Program-made: the position numbers and the translations under genes | Source of the DNA: an archaeon | GTDB lineage: Archaea > Nanobdellota > Nanobdellia > Woesearchaeales > UBA9642 | Direction: 5' to 3' | DNA length: 64,000 nucleotides | NCBI GenBank assembly: GCA_043806035.1 | Contig: JAZDHK010000016.1 | Location: forward strand, 2,963 to 66,962 | Shown here: positions 26,579 to 35,032 of the stretch, in pieces | Position numbering within the stretch: position 1 is the first letter of the stretch | Layout of the letters: every line of letters starts with the position of its first letter | The notes under the pieces: model-generated | The model's input: the letters and a program-made list of their open reading frames with translations, nothing else | What the model was told of the DNA's origin: nothing | The model's database searches: none

Positions 26579-28453
26579 TCAGACGATCGATACAGGCACG
26601 GTCTCACTTTCGGGCGTGTTGTAGTATGCATCATCAGGAATGACCAGAATTTCATACGTGCCTAAGGGAACATCTGATATGATGAAGAATTCTTTGTCTG
26701 GCGTTTTGTATAGGTTTCCAGGTGTGACGATGTCTATTCCTGCAAAGCAGACTTGCTGGCAAACCACTTGGGAAGAGGCTGCAGGAAGCGCCTCGTTTTC
26801 CTGCAGTATTGACTGCACGAATTCTTGGCCTGCAAGGAACAACGTGATATTGTAGCTGTACACGTGTTCTTCTGCGGAGGGTGTGGGCCAGGTGACAATG
26901 ACATTTCCACTTTCCGGCGTTAGTGGCTGGTATGTTACGCTGACGTCAAGGGCTGCGGGAGGCACAGTATCAGTCAGCGTTATCCCTATTCGTATGGGGA
27001 CTGCTTCTCTGCTCCTTGTCGTTCTGCCGTTGCTTGTTCTGAGCACTTCTGTCTGGCTTCCGTTCGTGAAGCTCAAGCAGAGCGGGTAGTGTTGTTTTTG
27101 TGGCCTGCACAGTCGTTGATTGGTGTACTGAGAGAAGGTAATCCCTTGTTCGCTCCTCACCAAGACGGCATTGTCTAGTGTAGAATCCGGGTCTTCTGCA
27201 CTATAGGAAAGCGTATTCCCAAAGGAGAGATGCTGTACGCTTGGCATGCCTGCTTGCCCCTCGACTTTTGTGTGGAAGGGGATATTGAATGCATACTCTC
27301 CTCCTTGTGCAGTCATGGTTGCACTGCCTTCAAGGGTTATTTCTCCTTGTCCTGAAAGTGGGCAGTAGCAGTTGGTGTCATTGATGTAGTTGCAGTCGTA
27401 GAGTTGTTCGATGAATGTGAAGAAAGGGTCATCGCTGCAGTGCTTGGAAAGCTCGTACGTTGCATTGTCTGTCGTGACATGTTCTGTAAAGCACTGCTCG
27501 AGGTTGTCGTTACAGTCGTGGACGATCTCTGTTGAGAATTCTTTGAGATGATTGTATGCTGCAAAGTCGTACTGTACTGTCCTGTCAATAAATGGCAAGT
27601 AGGAGTAACTGCCGAGGTATTCACCTGCAACTTTTTGCGTTTTTCCTGGTTTCTCTCCAAGAAGAGGTGTGCCTCCAGGAATGGCTGGAGGGAATGGGTC
27701 ATTTTTGGGAAACACCCACACTTTGGGGTTTTTGCCAGACACCCAATCCATGCCACTTTGGAATGCAGGATTTGATTCTTTGCCAATACCAACATAGACG
27801 TCGATGTGAGACGTGCAGTACAGCGCTCCTCCTGTGTCTTCGGCAACATACCATCCCGTCCAAGGATTGTCAGGCTCGTCAAATTCCAAATACACTTTCG
27901 AACCATAAGGAATGTTGCAGTTCAGGCAACGATACGGGCTATCAGCGTTATAATTTTTTGCTGTACAGGTTTCTGGGCCGAACGGATTTACGGCGATTGT
28001 TCTTCCTACGATGGGTGGTTCCGAGGAATGATATGCCTTTCCGAGAGTGGGTGCTGCTGTGGAGTCTGCTTTTGATGGCTTTATCCTGATGGGAGATTTT
28101 CCATCACCCGTGTATGCCTCGCCGTTTGTCCCTATTCCTCCCCCTTGGCAGAGCACTTCCTCATAAAAGCCGACAAGTTGGGGATTGTGTCTGTTCCTGT
28201 CAGCGAAGACACAGGCGGCTTGGCTGCTGGTTATGTCGCAGCCAACACACCAAGCATCATATTCGTCCTCCAATGGAGTGTTGTAGATGGTGGTGTATGC
28301 CTGTCCTGATCCTGGATAGTTAGGGGGTCCAGTTGGGTGTGGGTCTCTGATGATTTCGCCTGTTATTTGCTGTGTTGCTTGTTGGTGGGGCCAGAGCAAG
28401 ACAACTGCTATTGCAAAAAGAGCAAGTACTGCTACAATGATTGTTGTTTTCAT
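26579..28453 (-). CDS. large secreted Cys-containing protein (hypothetical), last gene of the surface operon; start taken at MKTTIIVAVLALFAIAVVLLW
   Basis: Signal/anchor helix followed by about 600 aa with many Cys/Asn/Thr; ATGA-type overlap with the upstream M15 peptidase gene. Confidence 0.5.
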   Translation of the reverse strand: MKTTIIVAVLALFAIAVVLLWPHQQATQQITGEIIRDPHPTGPPNYPGSGQAYTTIYNTPLEDEYDAWCVGCDITSSQAACVFADRNRHNPQLVGFYEEVLCQGGGIGTNGEAYTGDGKSPIRIKPSKADSTAAPTLGKAYHSSEPPIVGRTIAVNPFGPETCTAKNYNADSPYRCLNCNIPYGSKVYLEFDEPDNPWTGWYVAEDTGGALYCTSHIDVYVGIGKESNPAFQSGMDWVSGKNPKVWVFPKNDPFPPAIPGGTPLLGEKPGKTQKVAGEYLGSYSYLPFIDRTVQYDFAAYNHLKEFSTEIVHDCNDNLEQCFTEHVTTDNATYELSKHCSDDPFFTFIEQLYDCNYINDTNCYCPLSGQGEITLEGSATMTAQGGEYAFNIPFHTKVEGQAGMPSVQHLSFGNTLSYSAEDPDSTLDNAVLVRSEQGITFSQYTNQRLCRPQKQHYPLCLSFTNGSQTEVLRTSNGRTTRSREAVPIRIGITLTDTVPPAALDVSVTYQPLTPESGNVIVTWPTPSAEEHVYSYNITLFLAGQEFVQSILQENEALPAASSQVVCQQVCFAGIDIVTPGNLYKTPDKEFFIISDVPLGTYEILVIPDDAYYNTPESETVPVSIV

Positions 28454-29601
28454 CCTGCACCGCACCTTCCTATTCTTCCTTGCTCGCACAGGTTTTGTTT
28501 TCTGGCAGAGTCCCACATTCTCGTTCCGTACTCGAAATGCCACCATTCCTCACCGTATCTCACCCAGCCAATGTCACACATGAAATCCTCGAGTTGGTTC
28601 TGGAGCGCGCACTGCTCATCAGTAAAGGAATACTTTGCGTACGTGTAGCTTGCCCCTCTAGGTCCTAGATTCACTTCGTGATCAGATGCATCATACAAGG
28701 CAATGTCTATCGCACCCCCAGTCATGTGCGGGGCTGTAATGGGCCTGTCAGGTGTGCCGCAGCGTGGCTGGGCAACCCCACTGCATCTGCCAGTGAATGG
28801 CTCGTTGGGACAGTAGCTTCTCCAGATGCTTTTCTGCTTTTCAAGGCTCCTAAAGCCGCTTACGATAACTAACTCGTATGTCTGCCCATTAGGAAGCCCT
28901 TGTTCTTTGAGCAGTTGGGCAGTTTCCTGGATTTTTTTCTCAACTTCAGGGAGGACTCTGCAGCCGTCTGCTCCCGCAGTGCAGCGCACGTTCTCTATGG
29001 GGACGAGTTCGTTGTCAGTAGGACAGTAGATGGCTATTGCTTCCGTTAGTGAGGATGAAATGTATCGGAGGCTTTGTTCGAGTTTTCCTGCGCCGAGAGG
29101 GATAATGAGTGGTTGTATTGCTGTTGCAAAGATACGATATTGTGCTGGCAGTTCTGAGATCTTCTGCAAAGTAAAAGTAATGAAGGGATCGCTGAGTGAA
29201 ATGAGTCTTTTGTGATTGGAAAGGAACGGATCTAGTGCGTTGTTGAAGAACTCTGCCAGGCTTGTGGGTATATCTGGTGTGCAGTCGTTCCCTTGCCCGT
29301 TCCAGAGGTTGTACATGTACTCGCCACAGGGGCTGCCACCACCATCCTCGCCAGGCATGATGCCTCCATTGTCTGCCATTTCCGAAATTGCATAGTCGAG
29401 CGCATGTGGTGTTGCAATATCCAGATACGTTTGCGCTTCGCTGCCTTGCAGGTATGCGTTGATGAGTGCTGCTTGCTTTGTACCTATTGCTTTGGCTGCA
29501 TTTTGCGGGCTGTCGTACTTGCTGCTGAGCAAGGCCCAGGCAGTGAAGAGTGCTATGATTACCATGATGACGACGGCAGGGAGGAAAAAGTGGGCTTTCA
29601 T
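28450..29601 (-). CDS. M15-family (VanY-like) zinc D-Ala-D-Ala carboxypeptidase, membrane-anchored; start taken at MKAHFFLPAVVIMVIIALF
   Basis: C-terminal motifs SGFRS, HMTGGAIDIAL (H-x6-D zinc ligands) and EWWHFEY characteristic of Peptidase_M15 / VanY. Confidence 0.6.
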   Translation of the reverse strand: MKAHFFLPAVVIMVIIALFTAWALLSSKYDSPQNAAKAIGTKQAALINAYLQGSEAQTYLDIATPHALDYAISEMADNGGIMPGEDGGGSPCGEYMYNLWNGQGNDCTPDIPTSLAEFFNNALDPFLSNHKRLISLSDPFITFTLQKISELPAQYRIFATAIQPLIIPLGAGKLEQSLRYISSSLTEAIAIYCPTDNELVPIENVRCTAGADGCRVLPEVEKKIQETAQLLKEQGLPNGQTYELVIVSGFRSLEKQKSIWRSYCPNEPFTGRCSGVAQPRCGTPDRPITAPHMTGGAIDIALYDASDHEVNLGPRGASYTYAKYSFTDEQCALQNQLEDFMCDIGWVRYGEEWWHFEYGTRMWDSARKQNLCEQGRIGRCGAG

Positions 29602-29602
29602 G

Positions 29603-30121
29603 TCATACCTTGCTGGGCAGTTGTTGTATGTTCTTGTACCCTTCAGCAGCAACGTTACCTGGCTGTATGATTCGTAATCTTAACGTTATTGCATTCCCAT
29701 CAGCTAAAGGGAGTTGCACGTGGACGCTCTCTTCGTCTGAAAGCGAGATAGTGCAGCAGTACTTGTCGTTGTTCACGCCAGGCCACTGTTCGATGGACAG
29801 CCGCCATTCTGTTGATGGATAATGACTGGAGAGTCTTCCTGTGATTATACCTTTGAGGTCGTTTGCACTCTGCTGATCTTGCGTGAGCACTGCTCTGCCG
29901 ATGAGTTCGCCGAGAGTAGTGAGTCCTTCCCGCACAAGCACTTGTTCCTTGAGAAGGCTTATGAGATAGAATTGCGCTTCATTACTTGTGGTTATCTGCG
30001 CTATTGCACGATGCTGTGCTGCCGCGCCCGCAAGCTTGAAAATGACGTAGAATGCGATGACAACTATGACGAAGATGAAAATGGCCAGGAGATCTGCGAT
30101 AAAGCTTAGTCCGCGTTTCAT
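29603..30121 (-). CDS. pilin-like protein with class III signal peptide (MKRG|LS...)
   Basis: MKRGLSFIADLLAIFIFVIVVIAFYVIF: short basic n-region, Gly, then a hydrophobic helix; 172 aa. Confidence 0.55.
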   Translation of the reverse strand: MKRGLSFIADLLAIFIFVIVVIAFYVIFKLAGAAAQHRAIAQITTSNEAQFYLISLLKEQVLVREGLTTLGELIGRAVLTQDQQSANDLKGIITGRLSSHYPSTEWRLSIEQWPGVNNDKYCCTISLSDEESVHVQLPLADGNAITLRLRIIQPGNVAAEGYKNIQQLPSKV

Positions 30122-30125
30122 GTTT

Positions 30126-30671
30126 TCAGCTGTTCGGGGTGATGATGTGGACGAGCAGGGTGCCTCGTTCCTCGCCCATTATCGTTGAAAAAGTAACGGG
30201 GACGTCTCTGATGAGGATGCTTGCAGAGCCTTTGCCCGTGATGCCTGTCTCTACATAAGGACAGAGTTTCGTGTAGAGTGCTTTGTTGAGGTATGTGGTC
30301 TTGGCAAATGTGCCATTACGTTCTGTACAGGGAGCTCTGTCGTGGTCGTCAGAACTGGCGAAGTCATTGCGTATGAAGGTTATTTTTGCTGCGATGTGTT
30401 CTTGTGCCGTGTAGTGTATGCCAGAAAGCGTGCTGCTCGAGATGTCATCCCAGGAGATGAGGCCTATGTTTGGCCGGTTCAGTCCTTCGTGAGATTCCCA
30501 CAAATCAGGTGAGTAGTATATTCTGTAGAACAGGACGTCTCGGGAGACTTCTTGCACGTCAAGTCTGGTGAGGATGTAGAGTTCGATGAGCAGGATGACT
30601 GCAGTGAATGCGAAGATGAGGACCAATACTCGTATAACGTGCTCAAAATAGTATTTGACCTGACCTTTCAT
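30126..30671 (-). CDS. pilin-like protein with class III signal peptide (MKG|Q...)
   Basis: MKGQVKYYFEHVIRVLVLIFAFTAVILLIELYIL: KGQ motif with Gln+1 as in Methanococcus EppA-dependent pilins. Confidence 0.6.
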   Translation of the reverse strand: MKGQVKYYFEHVIRVLVLIFAFTAVILLIELYILTRLDVQEVSRDVLFYRIYYSPDLWESHEGLNRPNIGLISWDDISSSTLSGIHYTAQEHIAAKITFIRNDFASSDDHDRAPCTERNGTFAKTTYLNKALYTKLCPYVETGITGKGSASILIRDVPVTFSTIMGEERGTLLVHIITPNS

Positions 30672-31519
30672 GTGTAGTACTCCATGAGCGTTTCCTTGAT
30701 TGCCGTGGTGAGTTGTTCCTGTCCTGTATTGTCAAGCGGTGGCGTGAGGATGACGATGGCTATTTCTGCATTGATGTCTTGCACTCCTCTGACGGGGAGT
30801 TCTTGCATGCTGAGTATGCTCGTCACATCAAGATCGTATCTTTTTTTGAGGATGCAGGTGAATTTTTGCATGCCGAACACATTTGGCCCATCGAGATAAT
30901 AGAGTTTAGTGGCGGTGTAGGAGCTGTTCTGGAAGAGTGCTATCCTGACATCTGCCGTATCCCAGGCAACACCAAGATGCTCAAGAGGGAGGTCGAAGCG
31001 GAATTGGGCAAGCAGGTGGCTTTGCATGCTTTCGTCAGCATCGAACGCTATTCTTTTTTCGCTAATGTTTGCGCTTGTGGAGAAATCAATACATCCGGAG
31101 AGGGAAAGTTGCTGGCTGACTTCTATGCGGTTGCCATTCTTGTTCAAGTAGATGATGTACGGCACGAATGTCTCAGGGAGCAAATAGGTGAGTCTGTTGT
31201 CCGTGGCGTATGGGAAGTTTGCGGGTGAGTTCTTTTTCTTGTCTGACTGCTCGTACACGCTCACCCGGTCCGTGCCGAATTCTATGAAGATGCCTTGCTT
31301 GAGATCCACTTGCGGAATCTGCTGGTAGGTGAACGCGACATCACCATCTGCCACAGGCAGGAGGTCCATGATGAGCGCTGTATCTCGCGCAAAATAATTC
31401 CTCCAATAGGTTGTGTCATTGACCTCGCCCCTGACATAAATCATAAGAGCAACGGCGACAACGCCGAGCATGACGAGCTCGAAGATGAAATACCACGGCA
31501 GACTCATCTGACCTTTCAC
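30668..31519 (-). CDS. pilin-like protein with class III signal peptide (MKG|Q...)
   Basis: MKGQMSLPWYFIFELVMLGVVAVALMIYV; 283 aa; overlaps the downstream pilin-like gene by 4 nt. Confidence 0.6.
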   Translation of the reverse strand: MKGQMSLPWYFIFELVMLGVVAVALMIYVRGEVNDTTYWRNYFARDTALIMDLLPVADGDVAFTYQQIPQVDLKQGIFIEFGTDRVSVYEQSDKKKNSPANFPYATDNRLTYLLPETFVPYIIYLNKNGNRIEVSQQLSLSGCIDFSTSANISEKRIAFDADESMQSHLLAQFRFDLPLEHLGVAWDTADVRIALFQNSSYTATKLYYLDGPNVFGMQKFTCILKKRYDLDVTSILSMQELPVRGVQDINAEIAIVILTPPLDNTGQEQLTTAIKETLMEYYT

Positions 31520-31592
31520 AACCCACCTCTCAGTCCTCTTCCGAGAGGAGCATTAAAATGTTTTTCGTTTAAGGGCGCGTGCGGTAACCTGT

Positions 31593-31931
31593 TCATCGCA
31601 GAATGATTGATGTGAAGTACTTTTCTTGGAATTCAGTCATTGCACGTATTTGATCGTCCGTGTATGTTTTTCCTTCGGGAACGATGACGAGTTTGTCCTC
31701 GACATCATCGAGTCTGTGGATGACCGCTATGCACTCGCCAGTAAATTCTTGGACGGGTTCGAAGACACCGAGAACGTAGGCATCGAGATCTTCTCCGTCA
31801 GGCGCGGGAACACCCGGCAGATATCCGTAATTGTAAACGTAATAGATGTCATGAATCCTCGGGTGCCTGCTTCCCATTGGCCGGTCAATTTTCACATGTA
31901 CGACTTTTCCGAGAAATTCTTTTGATTCCAT
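31593..31931 (-). CDS. miniature inorganic-pyrophosphatase-like protein (112 aa)
   Basis: Matches the family I PPase core: YVYNYGYLPGVPAPDGEDLDAYVLG (cf. E. coli [23 protein letters not shown]), KLVIVPEG (cf. KLVAVP), EFQEKYF (cf. HFFEHYK); lacks about 60 aa of the canonical enzyme. Confidence 0.55.
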   Translation of the reverse strand: MESKEFLGKVVHVKIDRPMGSRHPRIHDIYYVYNYGYLPGVPAPDGEDLDAYVLGVFEPVQEFTGECIAVIHRLDDVEDKLVIVPEGKTYTDDQIRAMTEFQEKYFTSIILR

Positions 31932-31932
31932 G

Positions 31933-32940
31933 TTACATCAGAAACATCACGGCATACCCCACAAGGCAGCCTATGGTGAGAAAGGGCATGGCGGGATAGA
32001 ACTTGTCTTTCTTTGCAAAATAGAAAAGCAGACCGAGTGCAAGTGCTGCTCCTAACACAACGGGGGTGGTGTGCAGGAATGCGGCTGATTTTGTCATGCC
32101 TGTGCTGAAGAGTTGGGTGAGTGCAGTTCCTGCGAACAAAAGAGGGAATGCAATGTCCCCGCCGCCGAGAATGGCGTGCTTGTGCTTTCCTGGCAAGAGG
32201 GGTGTTGCATGGTGCGTGCTTGCATGTACTGCGTGCTTGCTTGCGTGTTCTTTTTGCTTGTAGGGAAAGTAGAGTCCTGCAAAAAGGTTGCTTTTCGTCT
32301 GGAATTGGGCCATTTTGACCATGTGTTTGCTCTTCCACACTGCATATGCGTCATACAGTGATACGGCGAGCAGAAGTAGGAGCGCCCATAGCACGTTGAA
32401 AAGGGGAACAAAGAGCAACGCTATGCCTCCGTACATGAATATTTCTGTGAGGTTGTGGATGATGAGATTGGGTTTCCAGAGCTTCCATGCTGCAAGAGCT
32501 GCTGCAATGAGCAATGCAATGAAAGCGGGGAAGAAAACGCCCAGCGTTACGGTTATTGCAAACCACACGGCGAGGAAGAACCAGAACTTCCATATGCCTA
32601 TCTTGTTGAATTTCATGAGTAAGAGCAGTAGAATTGTCCCTATGCCAACGCCGATGACGACGAGCAGGAAGCTCTGGCTACCCTCCGTCTTTGGTCGTTC
32701 TCCCAATGCTGTGTCTCCGTATTGGACTGTTATAGTGCCGTTCACCGTCTGTACGTTCGCCTCTTTCGTTATGAGAAATAAGCCAAAAAACTGTGCGGCG
32801 AGAAATGTTGCCAATAAAGCGAAAGTAACGAGCCAAGAGTGCTTCATACAGAGATAGTGTTCGTTTGATTTATAAGCATTTGTATCTGCAGCATGCTGCG
32901 CAAGACATTCGTTCGCGTCATCGTTGCAATGACACTTCAA
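31933..32940 (-). CDS. presenilin / signal-peptide-peptidase-like intramembrane aspartyl protease (A22-type, GxGD)
   Basis: Nine predicted TM helices; YD in TM6 (LAVSLYDAYAV), hydrophilic loop, GxGD in TM7 (ILGGGDIAFP), PAL-like PAM in TM9. Confidence 0.6.
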   Translation of the reverse strand: MKCHCNDDANECLAQHAADTNAYKSNEHYLCMKHSWLVTFALLATFLAAQFFGLFLITKEANVQTVNGTITVQYGDTALGERPKTEGSQSFLLVVIGVGIGTILLLLLMKFNKIGIWKFWFFLAVWFAITVTLGVFFPAFIALLIAAALAAWKLWKPNLIIHNLTEIFMYGGIALLFVPLFNVLWALLLLLAVSLYDAYAVWKSKHMVKMAQFQTKSNLFAGLYFPYKQKEHASKHAVHASTHHATPLLPGKHKHAILGGGDIAFPLLFAGTALTQLFSTGMTKSAAFLHTTPVVLGAALALGLLFYFAKKDKFYPAMPFLTIGCLVGYAVMFLM

Positions 32941-35032
32941 TTATTCCCAAAGTGTCTTCTTTGTAATCTATTTGGTATTTGTCTGTCCCTGACAGTCCGT
33001 ACGTTCGTTTATAGATGGGCGTGTCTGTTATGTGAAGAAGTGGCAGGACGTTCTTGAGTGAGGCGGAAATGCCGAGTTCTCCGAAAGAGAATGGTTTTGT
33101 GTAGCCTATTCCCGCTCCCAGCTCGAAGCTGGGAGGCAACCGTTTTCCGTTTCTCATTTCATTTTCGAGAAAGCTCACCTCACCTATGCCGGGAATGGTT
33201 ACCCGTCCTACCCGTTTATCCGTGTAGGGAAATCCATCCCTAAAACTGAAGTTGGTGAAGACGCGCCAGGGCTTGACGTGATAATCTAGGCTCAGTCCGC
33301 ATTCAAAACGGCGATCTTTGTCAATGAAAGAGGGGATTGTTCCTTTTTCTCCTAGTCTCGTCGTTCCCAAGAGGGCATAGCTGCCTATCGTCCACTTTTT
33401 CATAGTTAGGTCGTATTGGAGCAACGACCATGTGCTGTAGCCGTACAACGATGTGCCTTTGCTCTCGACCGCATCCATGCGCGCACCAGCGCATTCCACA
33501 CGAAGAGAACCAGTGTACACGCGTCTAGAATATGCTGTGCTCGCTCCCGTTGTTGTCGTGAAGACTGCCGTTTTGTTCAGGTCAGCATCCTCTCCAGCAA
33601 AGGTTGATCCGCCTATCGAGTAGACGTTGTGGCGGAGCATGCGCAGTTCAAGAATGTATGTTGGTGTCATTCTTGTCCATGTCGCTTCAAGTGCAGGTTT
33701 AATGTCCCTGCTTTTTTTGTGCACGAGTGTTTGGTCTATCCTGCCCCCTAGCGTCAGTGTTCCTGGGCCAAGAGAAACTGCCGTCTCCCCTCCCGCTGCA
33801 AGAGTAGTTATGGACATGGTGTCTCTGGTTTGATTTGCGTCAGCTGCCGTCAGATCTTTTCGTACGGCATTTCCTTCTTGGACAGAACCATCAATGACGA
33901 GGAGTGTTTGTTTGCTATGCCTCCAGATGAACTTTCCGAACTGTTGCTTGAGTTTTGCCGTGCTTTCTCTCCGAAAACTGACTTGTGATGTGCCTACTGA
34001 TTCTTCGCCGTCCGTTGTGTAGTTAAGGTAACTGTCGAGCGAGGAAAAGGACATAGACAGTGTGTCGTTGGAAAAGAAGGTTGTTGCTGTTGCGTGCAGG
34101 TTTGTTTTTCCTTCTTTAGCGTCTAGGACAGCGTCTAGGTATTTGTCCCTGCTGCCATAGACGTGCGTTCTGCTTTTGTCTTGCTCAAAACCAAGTTCGA
34201 ACTTTCCTCGTCTTGACTCGCCGAAGAGGTAGTGGAGCAGATTTTCTGATGCGGGGAGCACCGTGTTGCGCGGCAGGGAATACATCGTGCCTGCAATCCA
34301 TTGGTACGTTGTCTGTCCGTAGTCTGTCTCTGCTGCAATGCTGCCCCTCTTTCCTGATACAAGAGGGTATGCTACGCGTATGCTCGATGCAGGAATGCCC
34401 GTCTTTACCGAGTATGCTATGCGTTCTGGTTGGTCGAGCGCCGTGAAAACACAATAATCAACGCCATATGCGGGATAGGCAATGGATCCGTGCCGCACTG
34501 TTTTTTGTGCAGAAAGCGGTTGTATCCCTGTCCAGCGCCCTGCGAGAGGATGCTGTTGGTGCACGCCTATCCCTCCGGGCGTGTATTCAAGAACATCTAT
34601 GCCTCTGATGGTGACGTCAGCGTCGAGCGTTGGCTTATTGTCTATGACTCTATTCTCTAGTCTGAGCTGGCCTTGTTCGTTGAAGCTTCCCGAAAGAGAC
34701 AGGGGTATGTGGGGCTGCTCGGCAACGATGAAGACTTCTTGAGCGAACAGCGGAATGTCAAGAAGCACAATGCTATCCAAGCTGGCTATTGGGACGTTTT
34801 GGAGTTGCTTGCCGATGCATCTGATCGTGACGCTGTCGATGGGCTGTGCAGTGTTAAGCACGAACACGCCTTGCTCGTTTGTGCTCACGAACCCAGAATG
34901 TGATGGGTCGAGGACGGTTGCTCCAACAACAGGGCGTCCTTCCTTGTCGACGACCTTTCCCGTATACACGTCCGCTATTGTCGTCGAGACGAGTAGCGAG
35001 GACGCGAGCAGCAATGATAATAATTTCCCCAT
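32918..35032 (-). CDS. large secreted beta-rich protein with N-terminal carboxypeptidase-regulatory-like (CarboxypepD_reg) domain; first gene of the surface operon
   Basis: Signal peptide MGKLLSLLLASSLLVSTTIA; VYTGKVVDKEGRPVVGATVLDPSHSGFVSTNEQGVFVLN matches the CarboxypepD_reg fold; remainder has alternating beta-strand-like pattern; start codon shares CATG with divergent nucS. Confidence 0.55.
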   Translation of the reverse strand: MGKLLSLLLASSLLVSTTIADVYTGKVVDKEGRPVVGATVLDPSHSGFVSTNEQGVFVLNTAQPIDSVTIRCIGKQLQNVPIASLDSIVLLDIPLFAQEVFIVAEQPHIPLSLSGSFNEQGQLRLENRVIDNKPTLDADVTIRGIDVLEYTPGGIGVHQQHPLAGRWTGIQPLSAQKTVRHGSIAYPAYGVDYCVFTALDQPERIAYSVKTGIPASSIRVAYPLVSGKRGSIAAETDYGQTTYQWIAGTMYSLPRNTVLPASENLLHYLFGESRRGKFELGFEQDKSRTHVYGSRDKYLDAVLDAKEGKTNLHATATTFFSNDTLSMSFSSLDSYLNYTTDGEESVGTSQVSFRRESTAKLKQQFGKFIWRHSKQTLLVIDGSVQEGNAVRKDLTAADANQTRDTMSITTLAAGGETAVSLGPGTLTLGGRIDQTLVHKKSRDIKPALEATWTRMTPTYILELRMLRHNVYSIGGSTFAGEDADLNKTAVFTTTTGASTAYSRRVYTGSLRVECAGARMDAVESKGTSLYGYSTWSLLQYDLTMKKWTIGSYALLGTTRLGEKGTIPSFIDKDRRFECGLSLDYHVKPWRVFTNFSFRDGFPYTDKRVGRVTIPGIGEVSFLENEMRNGKRLPPSFELGAGIGYTKPFSFGELGISASLKNVLPLLHITDTPIYKRTYGLSGTDKYQIDYKEDTLGIIEVSLQR

